Origin: Felis catus
Taxonomy: Eukaryota
Length of the DNA stretch: 64,000 bases
Assembly (NCBI RefSeq): GCF_018350175.1
Contig: NC_058368.1
Location: 122,948,001 to 123,012,000, forward strand
Reading direction: 5' to 3'
Shown: positions 13,679 to 28,133 of the stretch, one piece after another
Numbering within the stretch: the stretch's first letter is position 1
Layout: each line of letters begins with the position of its first letter
Made by a program: the position numbers and the translations under genes
Notes under the pieces: model-generated
What the model saw: the letters and a program-made list of their open reading frames with translations, nothing else
The model's database searches: none
Told to the model about the DNA's origin: nothing

Positions 13679-15410
13679 GCTAGTTATTTCTTCATTAATT
13701 CAGGGAGGGCTTACTAAGTGTCAGGCAACTGACATAAAATACATAAGATATAAAACAAAACAAACAACACACACCTAAAACTCAAGCTGAATCCCCAGAA
13801 TCAGTGGCAGTCAGTGGTTATCTTTTTTCCTCTAAGTCTTAACAATGAAACCACTTGACACAGCACTTGCACCTGAGGCTGGAGTTAAGGCTTCTCCCCA
13901 GAGGTGATTTATAACACTCCTTTGGGCCTCCACCTTCCAGCAGTCCTAGATCAATCAAATGTCCCCCTCCAAAGAGCTTCCCTGAATAGGCTTCCTGCAT
14001 TAAGGAGAATACCTGAGAAGCTGACACTGAAAACATGTTTAAGTTTCATTTCCTTCTGTTCTTCCTCTCTTAGAAAACTAACATTTCACAATACATCTCT
14101 GAATCCAGATTTTTATAACTCACTTAATTTCTATCATGACAAGTTATGCCTTGCCCTTTCTCTCCTTTTCCTTGGCCCCTAATACTCTAGCTCACATCTT
14201 CATTAGCTTTGAGATGCATCGTAAACACGATTCCCATCTCGATCCCTGGTGAACTATCTAGATTTGACTCTGTGCCCCAAGTGGAGTTCCGATTTCCCCA
14301 AGAATTTCTATCAGAGTTCTTGGTTGTGCTCTGGGATATACTCCATCTACACTGAAATCACAAAATGTGTAATCAGTAGGTGCCCCTATAGGCATCAACT
14401 GTCCCCTCCTGTGCCCAAATATGGAGGTGCTTGAGAGCTTTGCATGGGATGATCTTGCTAAAATCAGCCCAGGTTTTTGGTATCATCAGGAAAGATTTCT
14501 TTTCTTTGCCTTAGAAGGCTCTGGAATAAACAGGGCCCTACATGCCAATGAAAGTCCCTCTCCTTTAGAGTTTCTTTCCTCTAATTTGTCGACTTTTGCA
14601 AAATGATAAAGCCAGCCAGTAAGAGACTGGAAGAAAATGCACACTCAGTTTAGAGCAAATGAGTAAAGCAGGAGCTACAAGAGGTAGGAAATGAAACATA
14701 AGCTCTGTATCTTCCATTGGACTCCGGAGATCCTGCAGCCATGGCTCTCACATGATAGGAGGGCTCAGTTGAGCTGAATGGCTGGGGGATTTTCTTACCC
14801 CTGTACCTGGTCTGGTAACAATTTTCATTGTTGACCAATTTTATGATGTAATTACTTCTCAAGGAAGTACAATTTAAAGGTCCTATACAGCCTGCTTTTG
14901 GAGGAATTTAAAAAAGCTACACTGTGCTTCTTCCATCCTCCCCTCAGACAAATCTCACTGTTTGGGCACTGATGTGATGCTCTGCCCATCCTTGCTAAAA
15001 GGAAGTATCTCAAGTATGGTACAGGAAAGAGCATCAGGAGTATGTTCTCTGGAATGGGGGAGAGTTCCCTGAAATCAGGCATTTGGGAAAGTAGCTCCTC
15101 CCCCTGCCCATGAAAAGGACAGTGAGAACAAGACTAATCAGATAGTCAAGGTAAGCAAATGTGGCAAAAACAAGTGGAACATGAAGGCAGATTTACTGGA
15201 GGATCCAGAAAATCATACAGAACACACTACACCAAGCTGTAGAAAGAAGTCTTTTAGTCAGAATCTCCTGTTCATTTCTAGAATACTCTTTTGAGAATCA
15301 GTATTTCTGATCTCAAAAATTCTCCTATGTCTCCATATACAGATCATCCTTGGTGTAAGGGCTGAAAGTTGGTAATTTTGTATTTACCCAATGACTTTTT
15401 AAAATACCAG

Positions 15411-15835
15411 GTTTTTGTTTGTTTGTTTTTTAGAGAGAGAGCTAGTGAGCGGTGAAGGGCAGAGTGGGAGGGAGACAGAATCTTTTTTAATAAAATATTT
15501 TTAATGTTTATTAGTTTTGAGAGACATAGAGTGTGTAAGCAGGAGATGGGCAAAGAGAGAGGTAGAGACAGAATCTGAAGCAGGTTCCAGGCTCTGAGCT
15601 GTCAGCACAGAACCTGACACAGGGCTTGAACCCACAAACGGCAAGATCATGACATGAGTTGAAGGCAGATGCTTAACTAACTGAGCCACCCAGGCAGCCC
15701 AAGAGAAAATCTTAAGCAGGTTTCCATGCTCAGTGCAGAGCCTGATGCGGGGCTTGATCCCATGACCCCGAGATCACGACCTGAGCCAAAATCAAGAGTC
15801 AAGACACTCAACCGAGTAAGCCATCCAAGGGCCCC
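15411..15835 (-). mobile_element. Nested CAN-SINEs (inner ~15484-15700 inserted into outer)
   Basis: Outer SINE is split at agacagaatctt/agagaaaatctt; outer TSD aaaataccag(g)ttttt. Confidence 0.85.
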
Positions 15836-16148
15836 TAAAATACCAGTTTTTATATTGAAAATTGACTCATTTGTGGTCTAGTATTAATACTCCTAATATT
15901 AAAATACAGGAGGCCACTTAAATAGCTCTCTCTTGTTTCAAATATACTTTTCAAAAGATAAAGCTGGAAAAATATTTTCCATCGACTACGTATCGAGAGA
16001 CAGCACACTGAATGTAGGCTCCTTTGGTTATCTATAGTGAAATGCAAACCTTGGCTCATCAATCATCCTTTCCCAGTGGCTTTAAGAAATGCAGTGCTCT
16101 TTCTTAGGGCAAGTGACTATATCCCAGTTTTCCTGAAATATCAATTAA

Positions 16149-16373
16149 TTTTTTAATTTTTTTTTTAACATTTATTTATTTTTTTTTTTGAGACACAGAG
16201 AGACAGAGCATGAACGGGGGAGGGTCAGAGAGAGGGAGACACAGAATCTGAAACAGGCTCCAGGCTCTGAGCTGTCAGCACAGAGCCCGAGGCGGGGCTC
16301 GAACTCATGGACCACGAGATCATGACCTGAGCCGAAGTCGGCCGCTTAACCGACTGAGCCACCCAGGCACCCC
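16149..16373 (-). mobile_element. Young CAN-SINE
   Basis: 18-bp TSD tcctgaaatatcaattaa at 16131-16148 and 16374-16391. Confidence 0.95.
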
Positions 16374-18329
16374 TCCTGAAATATCAATTAAAAACAGCCT
16401 CTTGTTTGCAGCAAGGAGGATGTGCCTATTTAAATTAAGCTGTTCTGGAGACAGATGGACATGTCTTTAACCTGGCCTGCCTGGGGCAATCGATATATCC
16501 AGCCATAAATGTTGAGAAAACAGCAGGTTAAACAGTAAGATAAGATTTAGAAACTGGGTCAGGTGAGTACCTAAGTTAACCTGAAATTGGCAAAGAAAAT
16601 TGGAGAGTTTAGTTGGGATGGAGGGAGGGAAACACTAAAAATGGCCTTGATATGGATATCATATGGGTATGCTCTGAGCCCTGGGAAATCCCACCCTAAT
16701 GTTTGACTTGGTTTTGCTTTGTCCCTTTCCTCACGCTTTCTGGCCAGTCTTGTTCTCAGTGCCCCTTATATCTATGGTTTTCCTTCTCTCACACTATTTA
16801 AAGTGTTCTTTCCCAGTTCAGGGAGAACAGCTGATCCTAGCAAATCTTGCCCACTTGAAGCTAATTTCAAGCAATTATCTTGAAGTCAGTTAACCGGTTT
16901 CAGGAATGTAGAGGCGTCATGGGGAGAAACTGAAGTATGCACACCTCTCCTTCGTTTCCAACGGGAATTAGACAAGTGGTGATTTGGTGAGTGTCAAAGA
17001 GTAGAAATCAAAAGTCGAGGAAGACAGACACAGATGTTTCTATCTGTTGCCCAACGCTTTGTTTTCCTTTTCAGGGAATGAGAAACAAGTGACCCCTGAA
17101 ATCTACTTCTTTCCGAAAGGATGCATGGAAAATTACACGTAACCTCACTGGCTAGCATCAGGGCCATGCTGGGCATCATAAGGAGCACCAAGTCTTCACA
17201 TACGGGTTTTCTGGGTCCTAAGAGAAACTTCACGTCTGACAATACAGTCTAGAGAAAGCAAGTGCTGTCTGAGTGTTAGGGGCCTTTGTTCTCTGTCCCA
17301 GCCTTGGTCTCTGCCTGCCCCAGTGACACTCAGAGTATTTCACACAAATTCCTTAAAATAGGCCAAATTCAACGTCTTCTCTCTTTTAAAACTTACGTCA
17401 TTGATACCAGTTTGAGTGAAAGTACTTTTTATTTATGTTTGATTAAAAGTACTTCATATCAGGTAAGTAACCTCTGGCCATTGACTATTTGAATGTCTGA
17501 GAGGAAAACTGTCTAGCTTTCCAAAATTATAATTAATAAGCCTCCTTCCTAGTTAGGTGGGCAAAATACCCCTTTTAGTTCTCAGAGATGATCACTGTCT
17601 TGCAAGAGAACTCTAGCTAAACATGGTAAAAATAGTTGAAGGCAAGATCAGAGGAAGGTAGAAATGAGAGAGGTAAGGGCATCAGTTACACTGGGGCAGG
17701 ATTTGAAGAAGTTTGGTTGCAGGGGCATGAAGTAAGTGAAAAATGTAGCACAGGGATGTCTTTGAGAACAGTGATAATCTTTTCCTTGCAGACAATCTGC
17801 CCTGATCCTTAGGTATGTTTCCCCATGCCTTCCATGTTTCTCTCCTCTGACGTCTAAGAAGCCTTGTTCTCACTGCCTTCTACACAGAAGGCTAGGGGCC
17901 AATGGGCATCCTCTGTCCCTCGACTTGTCTCCTTTGATGGCTGTGCTTTCTTGTTCCATGGACGGTGGCCCTTTCTCCTGTCAGACGATGTTCAGAATTT
18001 TACCTATTGAACAGAAGAAGTAGCTCATCCAGGAATCCTCCAGGCTTAGGACATTTTGCTTGATTTTGCCTGTGATCAGCAGCAGTCTCATGGAGGAGCC
18101 TGGGGAGGCTGTGTCTGGGCACTTATGCCTTTGGACTGACAAGAGGCTACCCATTAGCAGTAGCTGTCAGGGGAACAAGTAGGGGTAGAGGCTCTTTGGA
18201 TGAGGGGAAGGCAGCATTTCCTCTCTACTTCTTCCTTCCCCAGACTAGCATCTTCTCTTTGTACTGGCTCACACACTCACCATAGTCTTTGGTGTTTTAT
18301 CCCTTTGCCTTCAAAAGACTCTGATTCAT

Positions 18330-18523
18330 GGGCACCTGGGTTGGTCAGTTGGTTAAGTGTCTCAATTTGGCTCAGGTCATGATCTCACAGTTTATGAGTT
18401 TGAGCCCTGCATTGGGCTCTGCGCTGACAGCATGGAGCCTGCTTCATTTGGATCCTCTCTGTCCCTGCTTTGCTCCTTCTCTCACCCTTCAAAAATACAT
18501 GATCTTAAAAAAAAAAAAAAAAA
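18330..18523 (+). mobile_element. CAN-SINE
   Basis: gggcacctgggttggtcagttggtt...polyA; TSD ~ctgattca. Confidence 0.88.
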
Positions 18524-18804
18524 ATTCTGATTCAGCAGGGGAAAGAAGGGAAGTGAGTGGTAGTTCTGTTCTAGGATCCATCAACACAACAGCTTCATCT
18601 CTGGATAGGATCCTGATCCTTCACCCTCAGCCTGGACCAATATCTTGACTAGCCATCCTCTTCAGTCATACCACACTGTTCCCCTGAGATAATTGGACGA
18701 ATTTCCCAAACAATAACCTAGCCCCAGTTTAGGGTAGGAAATAGTGACTAGAAAGAGCAGATAACTTTGGAAACTTTTTTTTTTATAAATCAGAGGTCCA
18801 TATC

Positions 18805-21260
18805 TGTATCAGTTAATGTCATGCCCAGAGACTATTCTAAATATTTAAAAGGGGTACTGAATGTAGGGAATTGGTTACAAGGCTCTTAGAAAAGGCTGAA
18901 GGAACAAAAGAGAGAAGAGAATTACCTACAAACTAGAAGTTGCTTTTGAACTCGGACTAGACCCCAGCTTGCTCCTGCCAGAGGCGTGAAGGGGTGCTAC
19001 TACTGGTGCTGAAACTGCCCCCCACAGCTGAGCAGGAATGCAGGAGCTTATAATCCAACTGCCGCTGCTGAGGGCCTGGCTGCTGCTTCTGCTGGCATCC
19101 ACCCCTCAGAGCTGAGCGGGAACTCAGAAGATGACACACCTACTGATGCTGCTGCCATTTCTCGATGTACCATCAATAACAGAAAATAAAATGGCTTTCC
19201 TCTTACCTCCTTTTTGTATGTCTTAGGCTCATGTGTCAAGGGAACCTGGGAAATATGGTTTGGGAGCTGCCATTTTTGCCAGTACAGAAAAGAGCCCTGA
19301 AGAATATGGATAAAGCTGCCAATTAGTAGACAAAGAATCACCATGGTCCACCTCTTGCTACTCAGTTTTCATTCATTTCTCTTCCACCCTTATTTAAACT
19401 TCACTCAACAACAACCGCAACAAGGTGCTCTTACCTGACACAATAAGCTACTTTGCACACAGACAGGAATGTTCTCACGCTGGATGTCCTATAATCAAAA
19501 TACTGAATTGCAAAATTACCCATCATCTCACTTCTTACATAAAATAGGGTGGGAAAGGGAGAGAAAAAAGAATGGATTCATACATACAAATACTACATTA
19601 CATCTAAGGAAGAAATCCTACGTAACTGCCACAAGTCAGCATTTCTATAAATGGTTGTTAGAAGGTCTCCAGTCTATGATTCTAAGTGTAATTCACTCTT
19701 CTCCTCGTTGCAGGTTCCCTTTGATGGTCAGCAGCACCTCATCTGGGTGAGATCCTTTACCTGGTGGAGAAATTCAAACCTCACTTCTTGAAGTTCTTAG
19801 TCATCCTTCTGTTGGGTCGCTGTAGTTTTCCATGAACTGTGTTAGTGAACTTAGAAGAACCGAGAAACACCCTGGAGAATCCCTTGGGGTCCAGACATAA
19901 CCTGCCCTGTCTCCATCACAGAGGGGCACCTTGTTTTTCCTTAATAACAGAGATCAGTGACCCTGCTTTGCTTGTTGTCTCAGTGACATGAGGATCCCCA
20001 AATGGCCAGGGACGAGCTAATCTTCTAGTTCAATGAAATCATTATGTCATGGGGTGGAAACATTGTCCCTTGGGAATTAAAACCTTTAAAAAAAAATCAC
20101 AGCTTAAATTCATAGGGAAAGAAAAAACAAAATTATTTAAGTTGGTCATTGGCTATACTTTTGTCCATTGATTTCCTAAAGTGTCTATTCTGGTTATGCT
20201 TGAAACAAGATATTCTGACTGCTGGTTCAAAGTATATCACATCCTTTAGGAGAGCATCATATCTTTGGAGGTGTTTTTTGCTAGGAAATACTGTAACTAA
20301 GTCTTCAGAAGGTCATCCCATGTTCTGTAGGACTGACTGTTTCTCGTTGATGAAGTATATCAGAAGATCAATGAATTTCAGGAGGCCCCAGTGACACACT
20401 TTATCTCCTGTGGCATAAATTCACTGGTAGCTATAGTAGGCTGAATAATGGTACCCCAAGATGTGTACCTACCACATGGTATTTATTAATGTGTTATGTT
20501 ATATGGCAAAAGAAATTTTACTCATGTGATTAAGTTATGGATCTTGATACGGTGCTTATCCTGGATTTTCTGGGTGGTCCCAGTGATGTGATCACAAGTG
20601 TCTTTATAAGAGGGATATACTGGTATAGGAGATGAGAAGTGATGTAATGATAGAAGAAGAGATTGGAGTGGTACAGTTCAAAGATGAAAAAAGAAGTCAT
20701 AAGGCAAATAATACAGACAGGCCAATAGATGTTGAAAAAAGCAAAGTAACAGATTCTCTTCTCAAAGCCTCCAGAAGGAACCAGCCCTGTTGACACCTCC
20801 AGAATGGTAAGAGAATAAATTTATGTAGTTTTAAGGCTTTAGTATGTGGTAATGTGTTACAGCTACAATATGAAACAATTTCAGCAGCAATGTTATATGG
20901 AATATTAAGATGCCAAATAAAGCATTCACAATGCTACCTACAGAGGAAAACGACACAGGGAAACTGTACACAGGAGTGAGAAATCCAGTCTCAGAATAAC
21001 TATCTCTTCTAATGAGGACAGATCATTTCCTCTTCTATTAGGGAAGGGGTCCAGTGAAACCAACCTGCCACCAAGAAACTGTCTGGTTCCCTCTGGAATA
21101 ATGCTAATACAGGGACTAAGCATCAACTTCTAGAGTAGATTCTCAACAGTGGAGTTAGCCAGATCACACCAGGTGAAACCCATGATGTTGAGCCAATGTG
21201 TAATTTTCATCCCTACAGCCATAGGCATCTTTAACTTGACCACCCTGAGTAACTGTCAAC
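18805..21260 (-). mobile_element. Old ERVL/MaLR-type LTR (~18805-19345) plus adjoining internal fragment, interrupted by an MLT1 LTR
   Basis: LTR-like text, PPT-like AAGAGGTGGAC (minus) at ~19346-19356, and decayed internal sequence. The family call is uncertain. Confidence 0.45.
20432..20883 (+). mobile_element. MaLR LTR (MLT1C/D-like)
   Basis: tagtaggctgaataatgg...gtgattaagtta...gcctccagaaggaaccagccctg...gagaataaattt...tggtaat...gttacagc. Confidence 0.85.
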
Positions 21261-21277
21261 TAAAATAACTTCACATA

Positions 21278-21697
21278 GGAGCACCTGGGTGGCTCAGTAT
21301 GTTAAGCACCTGGCTCTGATTTTGACTCAGGTTATGATCTCACAGTTTGTGAGATTGAGCCCCATGTCAGGCTCTCTGCTAACGGCAGGGGGGCCTGCTT
21401 GGGATTCTCTCTCTGCCCCTCCCTCTCTCTCTCTCTCTCTCAAATAAATTAACATTTAAAATTTTTTTAAAAAAAATAAATGGGGCTCCTGGGTAACACA
21501 GTCGGTTAAGCGTCCAACTTCAGCTCAGGTCATGATCTCGTGGTTGACGAGTTTGAGCCCCACGACGGGCTCCGAGCTGACAGCTCAGAGCCTGGAGCCT
21601 GCTTTGGATTCTGTGTCTCCCTCTCTCTCTGCCCCTCCCTGCTCATGCTCTGTCTGTGTCTCAAAAATAAATAAACATTAAAAAACATTTTTAAAAG
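21278..21697 (+). mobile_element. Head-to-tail pair of CAN-SINEs (21278-21480, 21482-21697)
   Basis: Two tRNA-like heads, each followed by a CT tract and A tail. Confidence 0.9.
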
Positions 21698-23599
21698 TTC
21701 ACATCATTTTAAGAAGAAACCTAGAAAATATATAAAAATGATTTTCAAATAATCAATTTTTTGTACATGTTTTATCACCACAAGTTACCTGGAATAACAA
21801 TCTATACAACCGTTGCATTTAACTGGAATTTGTTTTCAGTCTGAAAAAGCAAGATTTCATTTTAATTTCTGGATTTGTAGTTTTGGGGAGACTATAATAG
21901 TAAGAGTTAATTAGGGAAGTTCAGGTTAATAAGCATCTGTTGAGTCTCCTGAAGACAAAGGTAGGGACAAGACATGTCCTCTACTCTTAAGGAATTTTAA
22001 AATAATGAGAGACACAGATCACACATATGGACAAGGAAAGCATGAGGCATGCTGTAGAAAGGGGTGTGTACACAGGACCTCCAGAGCTCAACAGAAGGGT
22101 ACTGACCCACTTCATCCATTTAAGAAGAAACCAGTGATGGAAAGGGAAGAGGTGGAGTGAATGAGCAGAAAAGCATTTTCCAAGTAACTAGAAGTAAATC
22201 TAACCTGTGAGGGAGAAAGGGCAGGGTAAGTGGAGTTTAAGTTAGGACCTAGGAAAAGGTTGAATCCCAGAAGATACATGAGGAAGTAAAAGCTTTTATT
22301 CTATCTGGAAGGCCACTGGTTCCCACCTTCTTTGCATATAAGGACATACTTCTTAATGTCAAAAATTGGAATGCTTGTTCTCTCTTAACTGAGAAAATAC
22401 TCAGAGACAAAAATTTTGTTTTTAAAATTAAAAACATAGTGCTTTTAAATTATGTTTTAAACATTCAACACCTCAGGTAAATATATATGAACAATTTTGC
22501 TACTTATGTGTGGGAGCTGTTTCCTTTTTTGTCTACCAAAAATGAATGGTACACGTAGAGATTAAGCGATCTCTTCTATCATAATTCACATTAAGGGACA
22601 ATATTTAAGGCATGGAGGAAGCAGCATGGTATAATGGGAGTCAAACAGGCATTCTTATCCTGCTCTTCTTAGGCAGTAGGCAGTCCCTGAAATTTTTGAA
22701 GTTCAGTACCCTCACCTGGAAAATGGACTAAAAGGATTTACCTAGATTGATTTTTAAAGGAGTAAATGTAAAAGACCTTGTGATAGATAGAAGGGGAGGG
22801 AGAGATTAGGAAGAAAGAGAGTTCTTGTAAGAGGAAACATACTGCTACAGGAGAAGTCAGTGTGAATTCCAGGTTATATGATGATGACTAAGGGGACAGT
22901 TGAGTCTCTAGAAGGAAGAAAATGGAAGGAATGGTCTCATCTCTGAGAGGTCAAGAAGAGTAGGTCATTTATGTGATGACCACACCAAAAATGAAGTTCA
23001 CCTACTTAGCAAGTTAGAGCACAATAAGAGCGGAGCTATGAGTAGGGGGGTCTATTGCCTAAGTTCCGGAAGAGGAAGGATGAAGACAATGTAAAAACAG
23101 TGCCCGAGCTTTAGTGTCTGCATCATATACTTTACCAATAACAATGACAAAAAAGACCCTGCCAAATTAGAACATTTTGACAACATACTAAAATATTGAT
23201 AGTTTTATCGGTTTTACAGGTCACATGTCATAACATGAGGCAAATAAATGGGCTCCATTTTCTAATCAACAACTACCAGGTGTTATGGAAGTTAAGAAAG
23301 GTCTTTCTATAAAATACTCCAATCTCTTTGGGCACTAACTACCCCTTGCCTTTTTCGTCTTCTGTCTTTCCTCCACTGAGAGCAGAGACAAAAGTGCATA
23401 CATTATTTACCTGAGGCCGATGAAGGTAAGAAGTGTTGGAAGCACAGTACCAAAGTCCCATTTTTTGCCTAATCATAGTATGACAGTGATTAATATCATT
23501 TACTCCACATGGAAGTATTCAGAAAAAGTTTCTAGTGGATCTTCACTCCTGGAAATACCCATGAAACAGCTTCATGAACAGATTGTTCCTGGCAAACTC

Positions 23600-23910
23600 A
23601 GCTCACCTTCTTCCCCTCACCCGACAACCATCATTTTGCTCTGCGTATCTATAAGCTTGTGTTTTGTTTTTTAGATTCCAATTAAAAGTGAGATCATATA
23701 GTATTTGTCTTTCTCTGTCTGACTTGTTTCACTTTGCATAATGCCCTCAAGGTCCATCCATGTTGTCACAAACAGCAAGATTTGATTTTTTATGGCTACA
23801 TAATATTCTTGTGTGTGTACACATTTTATTTATCCATTCATCCATCAGTGGACACTTCTGTTATTTCCATATCTTGGCTGTTGTAAATAATACTGCAATG
23901 AATATGGTAG
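23600..23910 (-). mobile_element. L1 3' fragment (L1MA/carnivore-like)
   Basis: tttttagattcca...gtgagatcata...ccatccatgttgtcacaaa...ttggctgttgtaaataatactgcaatgaa. Confidence 0.85.
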
Positions 23911-24344
23911 TGTGGGAGGATGCTGGTATTTTTGTTTTTTGGTTTTTTTTTTTTTTAGACTCCTTCGGGTTGTGGGAAGGAAAGATTCTGATGCCGATAT
24001 TTCAGACCTGGTGAGAGTGTAATTTAATGGAAGCAAAAAAAATAGTCTATTAATTATTGTAGCACAGTAAAACTGTTGCAACTGCAGAATAAATGTTAGA
24101 TATTATGTATGTAATTTAAAACAAAACCTAAATTGGGTTTTGAAGGTCACAAAAATATACACAATGTTCAATCAAGTGGAAAATAAAAAGTTAACAACCT
24201 AATTAATGAAGGCATTATTTTTCCTATAAGGATGTTTCTGTTGTTTTTTTTTTAGGTTTCTACTGTTCAAAATTTCATCACAACCTCATTTAATCAAAAC
24301 ATTTGATGAAAATTTTTAAACATGTAATTCATTTTTAGCGACAC

Positions 24345-24877
24345 ACTAGGAATTCCAGAGTTGGTATGATAAATATTTTAAGCTGAAAACATTTGAGCTT
24401 AAAAACAAAAACAGAAGGAAGACTTCTCATAGCTTTTCTTATCTGACTAAAAGCAGCAACTTCTGGGAAATAAGGCTGACATAAATTCCCTCTGTGGGGC
24501 AGGTCTACCAGGAAGAGGAAGAGGAAGAATATACTACTATAAATATAACCATGGCCCTGAAGAAGATGGAAAGACCACTCACACCTGCGTAGAGAAACAT
24601 CGCAAACTTCTCAATCTGTTTTCTCCAAAAAACCCATTTGTCTTTCCTAAAGAAACCTATCTGTTCTTTCCATAGAAGTCTTTTCTGCTCTTTCCTCTAT
24701 TGAGTTAGGCATGTAAGTCTCTAACTGTTTGGAGAACTGCCTACTTCTTTTGTTAACTTCCATATATGCACATGAATAAATGGTTTTTCTCCTATTAATT
24801 GGTTACTTGTCACTTTAATTTGCAGGCTCCCAGTGTCTGAGTCTAATTGGTTGAGGAAAAGTTTCTTCCTCACACAA
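24345..24877 (+). mobile_element. Solo ERV1 LTR (MER34-like)
   Basis: tattttaagctgaa...aataaatggtttttctcctattaat...tttaatttgcaggctccca...ggaaaagtttcttcctc. Confidence 0.65.
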
Positions 24878-24957
24878 TAATTTTCACACAGGAATTCTCA
24901 CAAAACATGAAAGAAGAAAACCCAACTCCTCAAAAAATGTTGAGTACCCCCAGATCC

Positions 24958-25375
24958 TTTTTTTCTAAATGTTTATTTTTGACAAAGAAAGAGAGAGAGA
25001 GATACAGAAGGTCAGTGGAGGAGGGGCAGAGAGAGAGGGAGACAGAATCTGAAGCAGGCTCCAGGCTCTGAACTAGAGCCCAAGGAGGGCTTGAACTTGT
25101 AAAGTGCGTGATCATGATCTGAGCCACCCAGATGACCCTGGAGTACTAATCTAAAAATATTTTTTTCAATGTTTATTTATTTTTGAGAGATACAGAGGGA
25201 GAGAGAGCATGAGCAGGGGAGGGGCAGAGAGAGAAGGAGACACAGAATCTGAAGCAGGCTCCAGGCTCCGAGCTGTCAGCACACAGCCCGAAGTGGGGCT
25301 CGAAACCACGAGCTGTGAGATCATGACCTGAGGCAACGTCAGACACTTTACTGACTGAGCCACCAACGTGCCCCT
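24958..25375 (-). mobile_element. Two adjacent CAN-SINEs (24958-25138, 25157-25375)
   Basis: Both show T tail, GA tract and gaatctgaagcaggctccaggctc. Confidence 0.88.
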
Positions 25376-26006
25376 AAAGTAATAATTTTTAAAGAAGGAA
25401 AAGCCATAGGTGCTAATTGTTACAGAAGGCAGACACAGTGGCAATAGTGATGGATGGATGGTTAAACATGACAAAGAAGCAAAGGAGCTGTGCAGTTTGA
25501 CTAATTCTAACCCTGAGTGAGTGAGAATCTCCGTTTTCTCATTCCTAAAATGAGGATCTCAGTCATTCCTAAAATGAGGATCTCAGAGTTTGTGGTAAGG
25601 ATTCAATGGGAAAATGAACTCATGGGAATCATGTAATGCAGGGTCTGACACATAGAATTACTCAATACATGTTAGTTCCTATTATCTTTATTATTCTTTA
25701 TTAACTTTCACCTGATGCCACATCTTTAAGGTCTGAGAGTTAACTTTTATTAAGCTGTTTTTTGAGGATTTTAAAGATCTCCAGAATTCGAAAAAGTTTT
25801 TACTTCAAAATAGTGTTATAAGTTTTAAAGAAAAACACATATAATTCATTTCCGTAAATGAAGGAGCTCTAAAAAGCTGAAATTCAGCATGAACAGTTCA
25901 AAATATAATAAGGTTCTGGCCCTTCAGAACCACATTCGCTATTAAAACTTAACTAATTTTTCTCTTTGTGCTTCTCACTCTTTTTATATTCAGGTGCTTA
26001 TCTCAA

Positions 26007-26072
26007 ATTTTTTTTAAGTTTCTTTATTTCCGAGAGAGAGCGAGATATATATATATAGAGAGAGAGAGCGAG

Positions 26073-26123
<51 letters not shown>

Positions 26124-26287
26124 ATGAGCAGGGGAGGAGCAGAGAGAGGGAGACACAGAATCCAAAGCAGGCTCCAGGCTCTGAGCTGTCAGCACAGAGC
26201 CTGATGTGGGGCTCAAACTCGTGAACTGCGAGATCATGACCCGAGCCGAAGTTGGACGCTTAACCAACTGAGCCACCCAGGTGCCCC
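26007..26287 (-). mobile_element. CAN-SINE with compound (GA)n/(TA)n microsatellite
   Basis: TSD ~tatctcaaa; duplicated gagagagagcgagatatatatatata block. Confidence 0.9.
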
Positions 26288-28133
26288 TATCTCAAAATTT
26301 TTTTTAAGTATGCATGGCTCTTTCTACTTTTTTCCCCCTTGTAACTTCCACACATGTGTATTTTCTTACTTTCTCTGTTTTCTCTTTGTGTTTACTTTTC
26401 TTACACAAGTCTTGCCCTGGTGACTCCTAATCGCCAACTTTCTCTTATTTCTTTTGCTTCCTTCAGAAGGGAGTGATAAAAAGCCAAAAGAGTAGTATTA
26501 ATTTTACTTTACACTCTATTCATGACCACACCTGCGATGAGGATGGGTTACTGACTGGCACCTAAAAACGGCAAGAGCAAAGACAGCACACTACACAACT
26601 AGGTTCTGGTGCCTTGATCTCCAACCAGCCTTTTTTGTTTGTTATTTGTGCCTTTCAGTGAATACTGATTTGTATAAAGGCAAAAGATTTATGTCATTCC
26701 CTCTTCAACATAATTTTATTATCTATATAGTCCATATTTTGAACTAAAAGTTAGCTATGGCTTAAACAATGAAAAAAAAAAAAGGAAATTGGTGGCAGTG
26801 CTAAGGCTTTCAAAGGTAAGAGCTTCCTGAACTATGCAAATAAATTGTATTTTCACTTAGTTGAATTAAGCTAGGGTTTATAGGGTATAAATTGGATCAG
26901 AGAAATGGAACTGAAGTTACAATATTAGCCATATCCCTCTTTCTCAGAAGGTTCAGCACAGTTTTTAAAAAAATGTTTCATTTCAAACAAGTTTACTTCT
27001 CCAGTGAGACAAAAATATTTTTATATACTATTCCCTTCTGATAGCTCCATATTTCAAATATTCTGAAACCAGTAAAGGAAACTGTATAGAACTCTATTGG
27101 GCCTGTGACCATGCTTCCTTGGAGTTTATCTCGAGTTGTTGTATTCTGGCATTTAAAGAGGGTTACAGTTCTTAGGTTTACTCAGGGATTAAGACCTAAC
27201 AGTAGGAACTGGGTTTATTACCCTATTCCTTGCCGGGACCATGAAACCCTGCTCCACCCATAAAATTGTCGGTCACCCATGTTCCTATTTGGGGGAGTGT
27301 GGTTTATATCTCTAATTTTTTTTACATTTAAAAGCAGAGAGATTTTAGTGTGATCTTGTACACAGCTGAGTAATCTCTTCCATAAAACCTCTGACAATTC
27401 AATAATGCATTGAACTGTTACTGGAAGAAATAAAATTCCTTCTATCAGGGAAATGTTAATATATTAGGAGACCTTTTTAGTGAGCTCAAAGGATTACAAG
27501 ATGAATAATAATAACAACAATAAAAAGTTAGTAATTCTTGACCACTTACTGTATGGCATACATGGTCCTGTTAGGAACCTGTTACTATTCATCCCATATT
27601 AGAGATGAGGAAATTCGCTGGCTTCTCCCAGGTCATGTGGTTAAATGGTGGGAAACCCGGATTCCAGCAGAGCACTCGAAACCAGAGCTCCTGTTCTTAA
27701 ACCATCCTAGCGTATACTTTCCCACTGAGCCCACATCAGCCTCCTTTAATCCCTATCCAATTAGCCTAAATTCTCCCTTTGGGCCAACCAGAATATGTTT
27801 ATCCCTCTTTCCCCCACTCATGTATGTAACAAAAAGAATATTAATTGAGTAGCTCCTAGATGTTACTCTCGTCCAGCTTATAATACAGCCATGAAAAAGG
27901 ATGTTTCTGCTTTCATGGTGGCAACACTCTCTCAAATGGTTTGAAAAGACCTTTCAGATTCCCACGAGTTTTCCTTTCTTTAGACCAAATTTTTCTATTT
28001 CTTTCAACCATTTATCATAGGACACATTTTCAAGTTCTTTTTAATCCTGGTAGACTTTCTCTTCTAAACACATTTCCATTTGTAAATATGTCTTTTAAAA
28101 TGTAACCACCAGACATGAATGCAGTAACCCACG

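Noticed and set aside
25539..25586. Small local tandem duplications (24 bp here; also ~440-474, 10300-10329, ~62485-62515)
   Set aside because: Ordinary slippage duplications, mostly inside decayed repeats, with no sign of function.
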